Source: Adineta vaga (taxonomy: Eukaryota; Animalia; Rotifera). Taken from it: 64,000 nt of DNA. Shown one piece after another: positions 1 through 13,601 of the stretch (its first letter is position 1; each line of letters begins with the position of its first letter). The stretch spans positions 8,432,001 to 8,496,000 of the forward strand of contig CP075495.1 in NCBI GenBank assembly GCA_021613535.1, written 5' to 3'. A program made the translations under genes and the position numbers. The notes under the pieces are model-generated. The model saw nothing but the letters and a program-made list of their open reading frames with translations, searched no databases and had not been told where the DNA came from.

Positions 1-844
1 AAATTAATTAAAAGTTCAAGTTTACGTAACATTCTTTCATTGTTACATTTGAAAAATGCGAATAGAAATATAAATCAAAATTTTCTCAAGGAAACAATCA
101 ACCAGAATTGTTCATTACGGAATGAGAAGAAAGTTCATAATGTGGGAAGAATTCATTTAGAAAAGTCTCAATCAAATCGAAATATTCATACAATAGTAAA
201 TATCTATTAATAATATACTAGATATTCAAATTTTTCTTTTTTTCTTAGATTAAAAACATATCAGAAATAAATCATTTATGATCTGATTTTATTTTGGACA
301 AAGAAAGATCTATTTTCCTTGTAGTTATTCTCTATGATGTACTTCAGATGCTTGTTGTATTTACATTCTTTTCAAATGTAAAAGAAAAAGACTGTTTTTT
401 TTCCTTAATGCATCTCAACGACGGTTTCAGTATTAATTAAACAGTACTTGTTCAACATTGATACTAACTTCCTTATATTTGAACGGAAATGTTGTTATTA
501 AGAAATAAAAAGTGCCGAACAAATGGTCTAATATTCAAATATTGAGTTTTTATCGGAAGAAGTATTTTTATTATGAGAAATTCTAAAATTAGATTTCTTC
601 ACTTGCGCGTTAATCGAAAATAGAGAAAAGAAGAATTTTCAATCATTAAACACTTTTGTAAAAAAAATATTTTACAAATAGAATGTGAAATAATATTTAC
701 TTTTCTTCTTCTTCTTTGACAATAATTAATATAAAATTGTTCAAAATACACTGTTATTATCTCTGAAAAACTAACTGAACGACTTCTTTTTATTAACAAT
801 GCAATATGTTTACATCATTTTCTTTCTCTATATTTTCCTAAAAA

Positions 845-2651
845 TTAACATTGACAAGAATTAGTGATGAGACGAATCGCACGTGTCCATCCTTTTGCTT
901 TACAACAAGGAAATAACCAAGGAAGTGCTAATTTTTCGAGTTGATTAGATACAGGAATCAGTGTTGTTTTATGTTCTTGTAATGCCATGTCCATCTTAGT
1001 TAATATATGAGAATATTTCTCAACATTCAATGGTGATTCTTCGGCAGGATCAGTTTCAATGTCAAATAATAGTGGTGGTGAATGTTGGATACTGAGACAA
1101 GGACAAATAGTAACACTAGGACATGCACGCATACCTTCATCCCATTTTGGAGTCCAATAATGTGCTTTATATTTACCATGACGTACGGCTGTTACAGTTG
1201 AGCCACAATAATGAAATAATGTGTCACGTTCTTCTTGTGCATTAAATGAAGACGTTGTTAACTTCAATTGTGACCATAGACTAATACCATCGAGAGGACG
1301 ACTAGTATCTGATTTAGTATTCCATAGTTCCAAAAGTGTAGGATATAAATCTAATAGAGATGAGATACTATTTATCATCTGACCAGAAATGACATGTCCT
1401 GGCCAACGAATAATACCAGGTACACGAATACCACATTCCCATGTTTGTCCTTTGGCACCTCGTAATGGTTCACTGAGTTTACCAGCTGTTGTTAAAGCAC
1501 GACCACAAAATCCAGCTTCCACTCCACGCTCAAGAAATGGTCCATTATCGGACGAAAAGAAAACTATAGTTTCGTTTTCAATATTAAGATTTTTCAATGC
1601 TTGAAGAATCTTTCCAACACTCCAATCTAATTCTTCAATATTATCACCATAAGCACCATGGCGACTGCGTCCAGCATTTTCAGGCAAAGTAAATAAAGCT
1701 GTATGTACTTTTACATATGCCATATAGAGAAAAAATGGTTTCTTATGATTGTAAATTGTATCCTTCATAAATTCAACTGCTTCATTGGTATTACGAAGTG
1801 TCAGATCTTCAAGATGAACAGGCTGTTCAATGATTGTTTCATTTCGATACAATAAACACGAAGAACGACTAAGTAATGTAAAAGAAACTGTATACCACAT
1901 ACCACCGAAAAACCCCATAGCACCACAAAATAATATAATCAAAGCTAATTTACGAGAATATAATAACCATGTTGTTAATGCTATACCAATAAATGCTAAC
2001 CATACCTTAATAAAAATGTAAATATTTGAAAATAATCAGATAAAACATTGAATGTAAATAATGGATAATTACCTTGCCAGTTAATGCAAGCCAGTACGCG
2101 ATAAATGATCGATCAAGAACTTCACCATGTCCTCCAATTAAATTATAAATTTTCTTATTGCCACATGTTTGAACATTGGTTACAGGCATTCCAAAAAATG
2201 TATCAAAACCATGACGTGTTGGTAAATGTTCACCATCTTTTCCTAAACCTAAATGCCATTTACCGACTAAACCAGTGCGATAACCTTTTTGTTGAGCAAC
2301 TTCAGCGATCGTTGTCTCTTCATGTGGTAAACCACCTGGTTGACCTGGAGAATTAAATGTACGAAATCGATTATCATTTGATGTTAAACCTAAACGAATT
2401 GGATAGCGTCCTGTTAGAAATCCTCCACGAGATGGTGTGCATATTGGAGCAGCTGAATACATTTGAGTATAACGTGCACCATCACGTGCTAATGAATCAA
2501 TATGTGGCGAATTAATTGTTGAATTTCCATAACAACCCAAATCTCCATAGCCCAAATCATCCACGAGAAATATTAAAATATTTGGAGTTTTTGATTTAGA
2601 AAGATTTATTAAACATATAAGAATTACACCTATTTCAACTAGAATTTTCAT
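845..2651 (-). CDS. Arylsulfatase, steryl-sulfatase (STS/ARSD-E)-like, 2 exons
   Basis: Signal peptide, PNILIFLVDDLG, formylglycine motif CTPSR, GKWHLG, SDNG and PPLLFDIETDPAE. An intron at about 2072-2006 joins the two ORFs in frame through a hydrophobic hairpin (VWLAFIGIALTTW...) typical of STS-type enzymes. Confidence 0.9.
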
Positions 2652-3550
2652 TCTAGACAACACACAGTGTTTTGATAGTTGATTAAGTAACTAACTGATT
2701 AGATTATATCTGCAATTAATGGAATACCGTGACTTACATTTTCTTACACTTTTCGTTTTTCAATAGATTTTTCGATAAATCTTACCTATGTGTTTTTTAA
2801 AGCAAACTTTGATAATGATATGAAGCGTACAAAGGACACTCCCTCTCTTTATATATATATGATGGCGTGATCTTAACGTCATTATTTGTTTTTCTCTTCT
2901 TTATACTTTAGTATCAGTTGTCGATCTTTAGCATATACATTACAACTCTTAATATTCACCTTAGGATATGACTTTGGCTTAGGCGAATCTATTTTAGTAT
3001 TATTTTTTATTTGATGATGAGACAGAATAATTCACGTGAATATAATACATAAAAACATGTCCTTCATGATTAAAGATAGGAAATATCTTATCAACAAATG
3101 TTAAATGTATACAAATGAAACATGTTAGAAATGTTAATTTTTCGAGCATGAATTAGATCATTCTGAATAGATACTGAGATTTTCTTATCTTTAGACTATA
3201 TCTACCAAGATAAAAAAAATCTTGAAAACATGTGAAATAGAAACTATGGTCGGCAGTATCAAAACGTTATCGTGAAAATAATTTTGATTATAATAGAAAT
3301 GATCAGAATAAATGTTTTATGAAGAAAAACTTCTCGTTTATTAAAACTAGTCTCAAGTTTACTTTGTAGTGACCATTGCTTGCTCGAAAACAAAAAACTT
3401 TCAACAGATGTCACTAGTACATTCTTAATCTTCCTTGTGATTTCTTCAGGACATCCACCAATTGCTAACAGAGTGTCAAAAATGATGATTTAGCTTAACT
3501 TACGACTATATGTATACCTTTTTCTCTTATCATCGTCGATTTTGTACTCA

Positions 3551-4918
3551 ATGTCATCCTCATCCACTACTGAATCGGTAAACTTTTACAATAATTTCTT
3601 TCCTTATCATTCTATTTATTGTTTAGAAACTAGCGTTTACATCGTTATGTATTTGGCCAGCTTATGGTGCATTACCTTCTTTCGATCCTGAATGCCTTAG
3701 TGTTCTTGTAAGATTTGTAAAAAGAAAGTGATTCAGTTTGAAATACATCAGTTGTTTTCTTCTATTAGGCACATTTTGCTTTTTCTCGATTAAATGTTCA
3801 AATCAAAACCGATCTGAATCGTTTTTCATATGCCAAAGGTAATGTTTATTCTTTCAATATTTTATTCATTGTTCATTTTTACAATGTATAGAACGTTTAC
3901 CACTTTTACTCGGTGATAATGATAAAATCTATCTCGCAGCTGGTTATGAAGCAATTATTGATCATTGTAGAAAATCAGTATGAATATTTTTATTCAAGAT
4001 CAATCTTAGTTTCTTTAATCAAAAATTTTCTATTTAGCATATCGATGTTGACGAACAATCTTCTATAGATACTGCTGATTTACTAGCATTAAATGCATTG
4101 ATTAAATCGACATTGATACCAGCTGTTGTACGTTTGATAAATTAGATTTTTATTTGAAGTAAAAAACAAACAATTTTGTTTATTTAGTTGGATACATTTT
4201 GGTTAGATGATACCTATCGAAGTTCGATTATCAATGTCTATGCTCGATCATTAGGTGGTTTTCCTCTTGCATTCATCTATGGTAAACAAATGACGGAAAA
4301 GATTAGAAATCAATTCAATATTACTTATGGTGATAAAAATTTTGAGCAAACTCGAAAATCTGTAGGGAAGATTCTTTCAAATTTGATTCAAAAGAACTTA
4401 TGTGATACGTTTAGATATTTGAAAAAGGCAAAAAAGCTTTGGATCATTTAACGTTTCTACTAGGAACGAAACCATTTCTATTTGGTACTAGGTAAATATT
4501 TGTCTGAAATTTCTTGTGAATACATGAATTATCGATTGTTTTAGTCCTACAAGTGTTGATGCGTATGTATTCGGTTATTTGGCTCCATTAATTCATGGTC
4601 CAGCATCGAATAGTGGTCTAGCACGATACGCCTCTAGTCGACAAAATCTTCGTGATTTTGTTGAGAGAATATTAACAATATATCTTGGTGGTTTTAGTAA
4701 ATAGTTTTCAATTTAGTTATTTGTTTTTTGAGTAATCACTTCTCTTTCTAGTAAGAGATAATCCTACAACAGAAACAGTTTCTACAACAGTACCGACAGT
4801 ACCAAAAGAAGATCGTCTTCGAGATAAAATTGCTGTTATTGGTGTTGGTATATTAACCATGTGTGCCTATGCTTATTTCTCTGGACTTATCCGTATTGAA
4901 ATTAGTGAAGTCGAATGA
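3551..4918 (+). CDS. Metaxin (MTX1/MTX3-like), mitochondrial outer-membrane import factor, multi-exon
   Basis: Spliced exons read WPAYGALPSFDPECLSVL, ...LLGTKPFLFG..PTSVDAYVFGYLAP (GST-like metaxin C domain) and a C-terminal TM segment (IAVIGVGILTMCAYAYFSGLI). Confidence 0.85.
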
Positions 4919-4920
4919 CA

Positions 4921-4941
4921 TGTGTGTGTGTGTATGTGTGT
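4921..4941. repeat. (TG)n microsatellite directly after the metaxin stop codon
   Basis: tgtgtgtgtgtgtatgtgtgt is visible in the sequence. Confidence 0.8.
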
Positions 4942-5060
4942 CTGATGTGATGATTATATTAAAAGAAAGAAAACAACAACAATAATCTCTATTGTTTAGG
5001 CAAAGATATTTAGATTTCTTTTTCTTTCTTTTTTTTTAGAAAAATATCTTCTTTTTTCCT

Positions 5061-8000
5061 ATGGAAGATCTAGTTTTAGCCAGCTTAGATTCAGTAAGAA
5101 ATTCAAGAGAAACAACAATTTCTATTTTGATTTTTTAAATTTTCTTAGGAGGTTTTTGATGTGGATAATTTAATTGAAAATATTGCTTATAAATCAACAG
5201 ATGGAAATGTAGTCAATGACAATTTTGATCCGTATTTATTGGAAGGAAAATTTCGTCAAGCTATGTCAATTCTACAAGTAAATAGACTGAAAAATTTTAT
5301 TCTTCGAATTGCATGAATTCTTCCTCAAAGGATTATCAAGTTCAAACAGAACAAAATATCAAGCATCTCGAAGAAGCATGTGAAAAAGAACGAAATACTT
5401 GGGCAAATAGTGTTGCACAACTTGAAGATTTGTACCAAGTAAACGATTTTAGTGACTGTTAGCATCAGAAAAAAACAAATACTGAATGTTCTTTTTCTTT
5501 CGTTTTAAGTCTACGTATACTGGACAACAAGAACTTGAAATGCGTATAAGTGTCATTTCAACGAAAGTGATTCAAATAGGTCATCAACTTGAAAGTAAAA
5601 GTAATCCTCGTCAACAATTAGTCGATGCAAGAACAACAGCAAAATATTTGGAACGTTTTCTTGATGCTAATGATGATGTTAGTTTAATGTTTCAAGATGC
5701 ATCAAAACTTGAACAAGCTGCACATATTATTCATCAATTATATAATGTTTTACAAGAATTACCTGATGAAGCGAAGTAAGACGTATTGTTTTTTCTCTTG
5801 TTCTTGCAGAATGGATAAATATCAATAATTTATGTTTTATTAAAACTAAGATTTACCGATGCAAAAACAAAAGTTAAAGAACGTTATATGGCAATTGAAG
5901 AAGATTTATTATTAGAATTTTCACGTGCACAAGTTCGAAATGATAAAAAAGCAATGAAAAAATATATTAAATTATTATCCAAATTTAAAGTATGATTTAA
6001 AAGTTGGAAAAATATCTTCGAAAATTGAATCATTTTCTATTTAGGGTCATAATGATTGTATACAAAATTTTATTACGGATTGTTTGAAAGTATGTCACCT
6101 TCTCAATCAAAGAAAGAACTTCGTTTTCCTATAAGATTAGTTAGATTTTGTTCTTTACGTTATCACGTATCTTATAAAACCTAGTAGGTTCAGTTTTATA
6201 AGCTCTAATGCAATGAATGAAGATTATTAATTAATCGATGAAATAAAATGTTATTCAAATATTTAGGGTTATTTCGACAATCCAAATATTGATATATTCA
6301 GTTCCATTCCACAATTATTCGTTAAAGTTTCTGAATTAATCAATGAATTATTTGATCAACCTGAAAAAGTAATTGAACGATTAATTATTACTGTTTATAC
6401 AGAAAAAATAGCGGTAAGATGATGAGATTCTTTCTCAGAAGAGAAATTTCAATACGAATCCCTTTTATAGCCTTATGTTCGTGATCAACTTGAACCATAT
6501 GTACGTAATCCTGATTTAGATAATATGGAAAAATATCTCCAAACACTCTATACCTTACATAAAAAGTAAATCAAATCATACTTGAAATTATTTTCTCGAA
6601 TAAAATTCATTGGAATATAGAGCAACAAAATTATCCAATGATTTACAAACGCAAAAGATTAGTGATGATCCTGCATTTCTACATAAACTTAATCAACATG
6701 TTTTTAAAACTTATCTCAAAACATATAGCAAGTAAGTAGTAGACTAGATTTTTCTTCATATACTATACACATTTTGTCATCGATTAGATATGAATTAAAT
6801 TGTTTGGAAGAAAAATTTCAAGTACATCTCGACAGATTAGAATCAATCGGTGGGCATCGTAGAAGTAAACCTACTGGTTTAAGGTAAATTGATACAACAA
6901 AATGATTACAAGTTGGGAATGGACTTGTAAATTTTCTCTAATCTAGTATAACTGATATAATACAACAACGTTTATTAAATACAACTGATCAAGTAGATGA
7001 ATCACGTTTTTCACCTGATCTAGCTGCTGCATTATTAAATGATTGTCGAATAGCAATGACTCGAATTACAACTGTTAGTAAACGAATTTTTCTCATCGTC
7101 TTTTACCTGTCTAAACGAATTCATTTCTAGTTATCCGAAGGAAGTGAAGCTTCCGAAAATATTCTTCAATGTTTCTTACGTTTACTTAATGCATTGGGTG
7201 GTCAACATATTGACACTGAATTACAATTTAGTTTACAAGCTATACCTGGTCCTGAACCAAAACAAGAGCCGGATATACGTTTCTTTCATGCTATACTTCA
7301 AACAAATAATAGCATTCAATTAATTGAACGCTATTTTGTTATGGATATTGCTCCACTACTTTTGTAAGACAATTAAATAAATGAATGAATGAATTATTCT
7401 TTGATCTAGAGGTACACAACAACAAACGATACTTTTACAAACAAAAGATAAAGTTTTTGGTCAATTAGAAGAATTAATCAATGTTGGTGTTGATAAGTAA
7501 TTTAATCTATTTCATTTTTTGATGATTTGTTTTTTGTTAATTAATTATTCATTGTAGAGCTTTGTTATGCATCGTTGGTTATGCTCGAAATATTCTTAAT
7601 GAACAAAAACGATCCGATTTTAAACCTGAAAGTGATCTATTTATCACGGAATGTTCACCGGTAGATTTTTTTTCGATCTTTGTCTAATTTAAATATATTT
7701 TTCTTAGATTTGTAAACGTGTTGTTCGCTCAATTGATACTCAAATAATTCGTCTTGAACAAAATGTCGATGGAAAAAATTTAATCGCTATTTTAAATGAA
7801 TTTGGTCTTCGTTTTCATCGTTTAATAATTGATCATGTTTTTAAATTTGAATATAATATCTCAGGTTAGAAATAACAATCATAAAAATAATCCATTCTTC
7901 TTCTCTTCTATCTTCATTTGATTTAATTACATTTTGATTTAGGCGGTTTAATGATGTTACAAGATATAAGTGAATATAAAAAATGTTCGAAAAAATTTCG

Positions 8001-8266
8001 TAATTCAACTGTTGAACAATTATTTTCGATTTTACATGCACTTGTCAATCTATTGGTTGTTGTACCTGATAATCTACGGCAAGTTATCACTGAAGGACAT
8101 CTTGTATGTATTCTATTAATTAGTTTTAATTCGACCAAGTGATTTTATTTGCACTTTTTTCTCCTTCTTTCAGGCATCATTAACTCGAGATATCATTGAA
8201 TCATTTGTACAACTACGTACAGACTATAAATCAGCTCGATTACATACAATGATTAGTAGTGACTAA
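5061..8266 (+). CDS. EXOC5: Exocyst complex component 5 (Sec10), many short exons
   Basis: Exons read ISTKVIQIGHQLESKSNPR, EQKRSDFKPE, VDGKNLIAILNEFGLRFHR, LHALVNLLVVVPDNL and C-terminal FVQLRTDYKSARL, all matching Sec10. Confidence 0.9.
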
Positions 8267-8622
8267 TAAAATCAAGATATTTTCACCATTGTTTCTTTCT
8301 TTTCATCTTTTATTTAATAAACGTAATTTGTATGCTATAGAATCAAAATAGATTTTGAATGAAATAAGATGATTCTTCTGTTATTGTTTTTTATGGTTTT
8401 CGCCTTGATAATGTCAATTGAAGGTTGATGGTTAGGAATTAGTTTGTACCGTATTTAACAATAATATGGTTTATCAGGGTTATAAACATTCCTCTTTACC
8501 TGTTGATATAAATTCTTATCAGAATACTCTATCCATATAAATCAAAGCTTTTTATATGAAAATTCAAACATTTATAGTTTCAACAAAAGGCTATTATATT
8601 CTGATTAAAAAAATTCAAAACA

Positions 8623-9048
8623 ATGGAACAGAATGCGTTCACATTATTGTTATCAAGTATTCTAGCTGGGATCGCGACTATTTTAACAATTATTGGAGTA
8701 TCAACAAATGGTTGGCCCGGAAGACAACAACTTTTTGCATATCATACAAGCAACTTGACGGCTGCAGGTGTTTTGCTTATTATAAGTATTTTCTTTCTGG
8801 CCATTTCCATTGTATTTATGCTGATGTTTTGGCGTGGAATGATCAGTAATGCTTCTGACAAAGTTAAAAGTGTTGTCTTAGTATTTTTAATTATTGCTAG
8901 TATCTTTATTGTCATTGCTTATTCGCGTCCCGCTTCCAAAGAGTTTTTCAGTTACCATCTATCAGTTTCAGGCGGTATTCTTGCCTTTTTATCAGCAATC
9001 ATTTTTACTTATTGGCTTGGTCGTACCTCAGTGACATTTCTTCATTAG
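8623..9048 (+). CDS. Intronless 141-aa four-TM protein, claudin/PMP22-like topology
   Basis: ATG-started ORF with four hydrophobic segments, W after TM1 (VSTNGW) and FSYHL before TM4. An AATAAA follows at about 9136. Confidence 0.7.
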   Translation: MEQNAFTLLLSSILAGIATILTIIGVSTNGWPGRQQLFAYHTSNLTAAGVLLIISIFFLAISIVFMLMFWRGMISNASDKVKSVVLVFLIIASIFIVIAYSRPASKEFFSYHLSVSGGILAFLSAIIFTYWLGRTSVTFLH

Positions 9049-9399
9049 GTTGATGTTCAATCGTTTTCAAATAAGTTCATTTTAATTCGTTTTGTCAGTT
9101 TTGAAAATGTATACTTTCATTATCTTTTTTTGCTTAATAAATGTGATTCGATCAGTGATTAAAGAATTCAACAACAACCAGATTCATTCTATCACTCAAA
9201 GTTGAATAGATCTATACACCTATCAATATCAAATGTATCAAAAGTAAAAGCAAGCTCATTGTCTATATCTCTTCGTATTGTCTCCTCCTTATTTCAATTT
9301 TTAACCTGAATTAGGACCTGACCGCAAAAATATCGAACTTTCACCGAGCAGCTATATGTGATCGCTCAACCGTAGCTATTTCGTTGGTACACATCAAAT

Positions 9400-9443
9400 G
9401 AAGAAGAAGATGAAGAAGAAGAAGAAGAAGACGACGACGAAGA
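9400..9443. repeat. (GAA/GAC)n purine-rich microsatellite
   Basis: gaagaagaagatgaagaagaagaagaagaagacgacgacgaaga is visible. Confidence 0.7.
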
Positions 9444-10755
9444 AAAGATACAACGAGGGAGAGACAGAGAGAAAGAGGGAAAAAACGAAGAGACTCAACT
9501 TTGAATATAGAGAAAATAACAAGGTATAGACAATAACATATAACGATCAACCATTCATCAAATTGGACATTCATACGGTGTGACCCTTGTAGAGAAATAT
9601 TCTTTTTTTTATTCCTTCACCTGTGATATTTTCCTATTCTTAATTTTTCGCTAAAGGTTATCTTTTTCTTTTTTCGTTAAAACTTTTTAATATAATATTA
9701 AAATAAAAGGAAAAAGAGATAACATGTTTAATTAGGAAATGGACACTTTTTTTCCTCGTTTTTTTTTGATACTGTTCGTTTTTTATGTTTATTAGGAAGA
9801 GAAAAAAAATTGATGATGAAGGTAGATAACCATCTCTCATATCATCGTTACTATACATTCTTCCTTTAGTTGCTTATTCTGTACCAAAGTACAGAAAGAG
9901 AGAAAACGAGAAAGAGGGACAGGGAGAAAAAAAGATACGCTCATTTTTTCCTCGAATAATTAAATGTACGATGATGAATGTATATGCTCACCAATCTATT
10001 TCTTCCTTTTTGAATATACTATAGACTTACTTTATATTTCCCTTATATTTCAAAAATGAAGAATATGTGATCAGATAGGTATCTGTCTTTCTCTTTGCAA
10101 CTCACTGTCTCCTTCTTTTTCTTCTTTTTCTCCACTTTTCTCGTCGGACTACAAACAAAATTTCTTCTTTCGATCACTAGAGACGAAGAAAAAAAATAAG
10201 CAAGTCTATTCTTGATTTGCGTCATAGACACTTAACAAAAGACGGTTGTATGTGTGAATAAGTAAGTAAAGATCTTGATAAGTTAAAGGTGATGTTAAAG
10301 ACAATGATGTTTTCATTTTCTATCTTAGTTGACAACTTTCAAGGTTTCAATGACGAAAAATATCGATATAAATAATATTTATATTTGTATTTTATTTACT
10401 TTTTTACCTTAATAGTTAGTAAGTGATATCAGTGAAAAAAACTTAAAAATAGATAATGATGCGCTTCCCATACAGAGACAAGCATCTTTTCAATTACCAG
10501 AGAAAGCGGTTTTTTTTCCTGTGGTAACTGTTCACCTGAGGTTATTATATCGAGGTAAAAAGAAACGATGAAAGAGAGAAAAAGAGACAGTGAGAATAAA
10601 AACCATAACGGCACAACTCTGGCTATTTTAATTATTCAATATATAGATGTGTTTCTGTGCATTTACATCGTCTATTTTGTTCGATATGAACAAGGTTATC
10701 ATACTTCTGAATTAGTTTTTAGATTTGAGATTTGTCTTTGTTCTTCATTGATTTC

Positions 10756-13601
10756 ATGTATCCAACAAGTGCATTTAGTCAACCTCCAATAGGTTATCCA
10801 TATCCTGGTCAACAACAGCCACCACCAGGATCTATTTATCAATCACAATATGGTGCTGTAACTGGATTTAATCCTCAAGTACCACCACCTTTTCAATCAG
10901 GTCCACAGCCACCACGTGGTCAATCATTACCTGCATCAGGTAGACAGTATGCACCAACTGGTAATTTTGCACCACCACCTGCATCATCATCATCATCTCG
11001 ACGTCATCAACATGGTCAATATCCTCCACCAGCTCCTTCTCAACATTATGAATATCGTAACACTCAAGGATGTAAAAGTAAGGATTTCTTCTTCTTGAAA
11101 TGTAGAGAAAACGAAACTATACTATTCAATAAACCAGGTAAAAAACATCATAAACGACGAAGTGTATCACCGAGCGCAGCTGAACAAGGTCTATATTCTG
11201 ATCAAGAACAACCACGCAAAGAACGTACGGAACCATCAGAAGGACAACAAAATCGTAGTCGAAGTGCATCACCAGCATTAGCAAGTCGTTCAAAACATGA
11301 AGGAGCAGCAGATAATAGCCAACAACAACAACCACAACAACCACAACAACCACAACAACAGCAACAGCAATCAGGACAAACACAACAATCTCAAGGTGCT
11401 GAGGGTGTGACGAATGAATCAGTACCTGGAGGAGTCGCCCGATCAGAAGAAGAACAAGCTGTTGGAGATCCTGAAAAACGTCGATCATCATCAAAGAAAA
11501 AAAAACATCATCGTCGAGATCGTTATGACAATTATAGTAATCCACCACCTCCAGATGCTGCTCATGATCTTAACTCTAATAATACTTTTCATCCACCACC
11601 ACAATCAGCATATTTTGGAGAATATCAAAATGAATTACCTCCTCAACTAAAGGTAAAATTATATCTATCATAAAATAAATTGTTTGAAGAAGGAAAAACA
11701 ACAATAACAATATCATCTAATTAATTTCATTTACAGGTTCATCGTCAACCATTGTATAATGGTTACAATCAAGCTTATGAAGAATCGATCCGTCGTGGTG
11801 ATATCTACCGTAAACAAGCTAAACGTTCTACACGTTTACCACCGGAAGTAAAACAACAATTATTGCCTCATGAAGATGATCAACAAAATCATTCATTACC
11901 CATATCGCAACCCCCTCCTACACAGCAACAATATGCATATGGTCCCAATTCCGGCTATTCTCAACCACCACCACCACCACAGGCACCCACATCTGGACCT
12001 CCATCATTACAACCATTTGGTAGTGCTCGTCCATCCTATAACCCGTATCAACCATATGCTCCCCCACATGCTCAAACAAGTTATTATAGTACAATGCCAG
12101 CATCTTTACCATACAATACTTTACAGCCATGGTCAAACATTGCTCCTGTTAGTGGACCTGCTGAACAAGAAATTCAACGTTTACGTAGCCATATTCATAC
12201 ATTAGAAGGTGAACTACATAAGTTGCAGCGAAAACTCACTAAGGCCACATTAAACAATACTGAAGCATCAGGAGGACAAGGTGATCGTAGTCAAGATGAA
12301 GGTACACGTTCTCATCGACGATCAAAACGTGATGGTATTGGTTCACCTCGACAAACACCAGTTATTGTGGAATTAAACAATGCGACAGGTGAAGCTATTC
12401 GGGAATCTTCATCAAAAAAACATCGACATCGTACAACAAGTAGTACAAGTGCACCACAAGGACAACAAGCTTCTGCTCAACAAGATGCCTCATCAAATCA
12501 ACGTGTTGGTGATAGTACTATAGGTCAAGAAAAACTACCAACTATACCTACACCATCCGAACAACATGTAAATCAACAACCAGTTGATGCACGTGATCGG
12601 TATGAAAATTGAATCAAAATACGAATCCGATATGATAAGAAATAATTTTTATTCTATTTTTTCTCTTTAGCTCACGTTCAGGTGGTAATCAAGTACCTGA
12701 AGTAGAAAATAAAGGTGCTGCATCAAAACAGCCACGTGAAGAAGCTGCAGCACAATTAGCACACGCAGCTGCTGCTCATGTTAACAATCGTCCTGGAGTT
12801 GTTGCTGGCGGTCCACCTCAACAACCAGGTCCTGTACCTCCACCCCCACCCCCAACTGCTGCACAAAATCCACGACCCCAATTACCGAATCCACAACAGC
12901 AGCAACAACAACAACAACAACAACAGTTTTTGTTCCAACAAGGTGTTTTACAAGGCCCAGGACAACAAATTCGTGGTCCACCTCCACGTTTACCAGGTCC
13001 AGGAAATATTCGTTTTCCAGTCGATCCATATCAACAACAACAACAACAACAACACCCTCATCAATTACAACAACAACAACGTAATATACCGAATCCAAAT
13101 TATAATCAATCAAATAATAATGAATTAGTTGATTATATTGATGATGAAGACGAACGTCGTAAACAAGACGAACAAAGTCGTTCAGCAGAAAAGATTCTTG
13201 ATGCTTTTGAACGTTTCTATGTTAATCGTGGTAAAGCAACAACAGTTCCAATGAAAGTTAAATATATTCCTGAGGAAGACAATATTAGTACAAAACGTTC
13301 TCATCAACACTATCAACAACGAAATACCAATAATAATAATCGATATCGTTCAACAAGTCGACATACTCGTAGCCATAGTTCATCAGAATCAGAATCCGAT
13401 TCTGAATCTATCTATTCTCATTCACCATCATCCTCACGTCGTTCATTATATGACAACCAGAATCGAAAAACGGTAAATAGAAAATCTTCTCTGTTCTGAT
13501 CTTCACTCTTTACCATTTTTAATTTCTTTCTATAAATGAGAAAAGTTTTCATATTATTTCTATTGTATTCTATATTTTAGACCATCGGCCCGTTTATATG
13601 A
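10756..13601 (+). CDS. Large P/Q/S/G/H-rich, largely disordered protein with a short coiled coil; unknown family; termini approximate
   Basis: Long same-strand ORFs (10732, 11752, 12930) joined by GT-AG introns. Contains poly-Q tracts and a heptad segment EQEIQRLRSHIHTLEGELHKLQRKL. Confidence 0.7.

Noticed and set aside
845-2651. Sulfatase as a horizontally acquired bacterial gene
   Set aside because: It has the membrane hairpin and C-terminal PWLFPCC of metazoan STS-type enzymes plus an intron. No gene in the window looked clearly foreign by eye; a phylogeny would be needed.
10916-13128. Overlapping poly-V, poly-H and poly-N ORFs in alternative frames and on the opposite strand
   Set aside because: Shadow frames of the CAA/CCA-rich poly-Q/P coding sequence.
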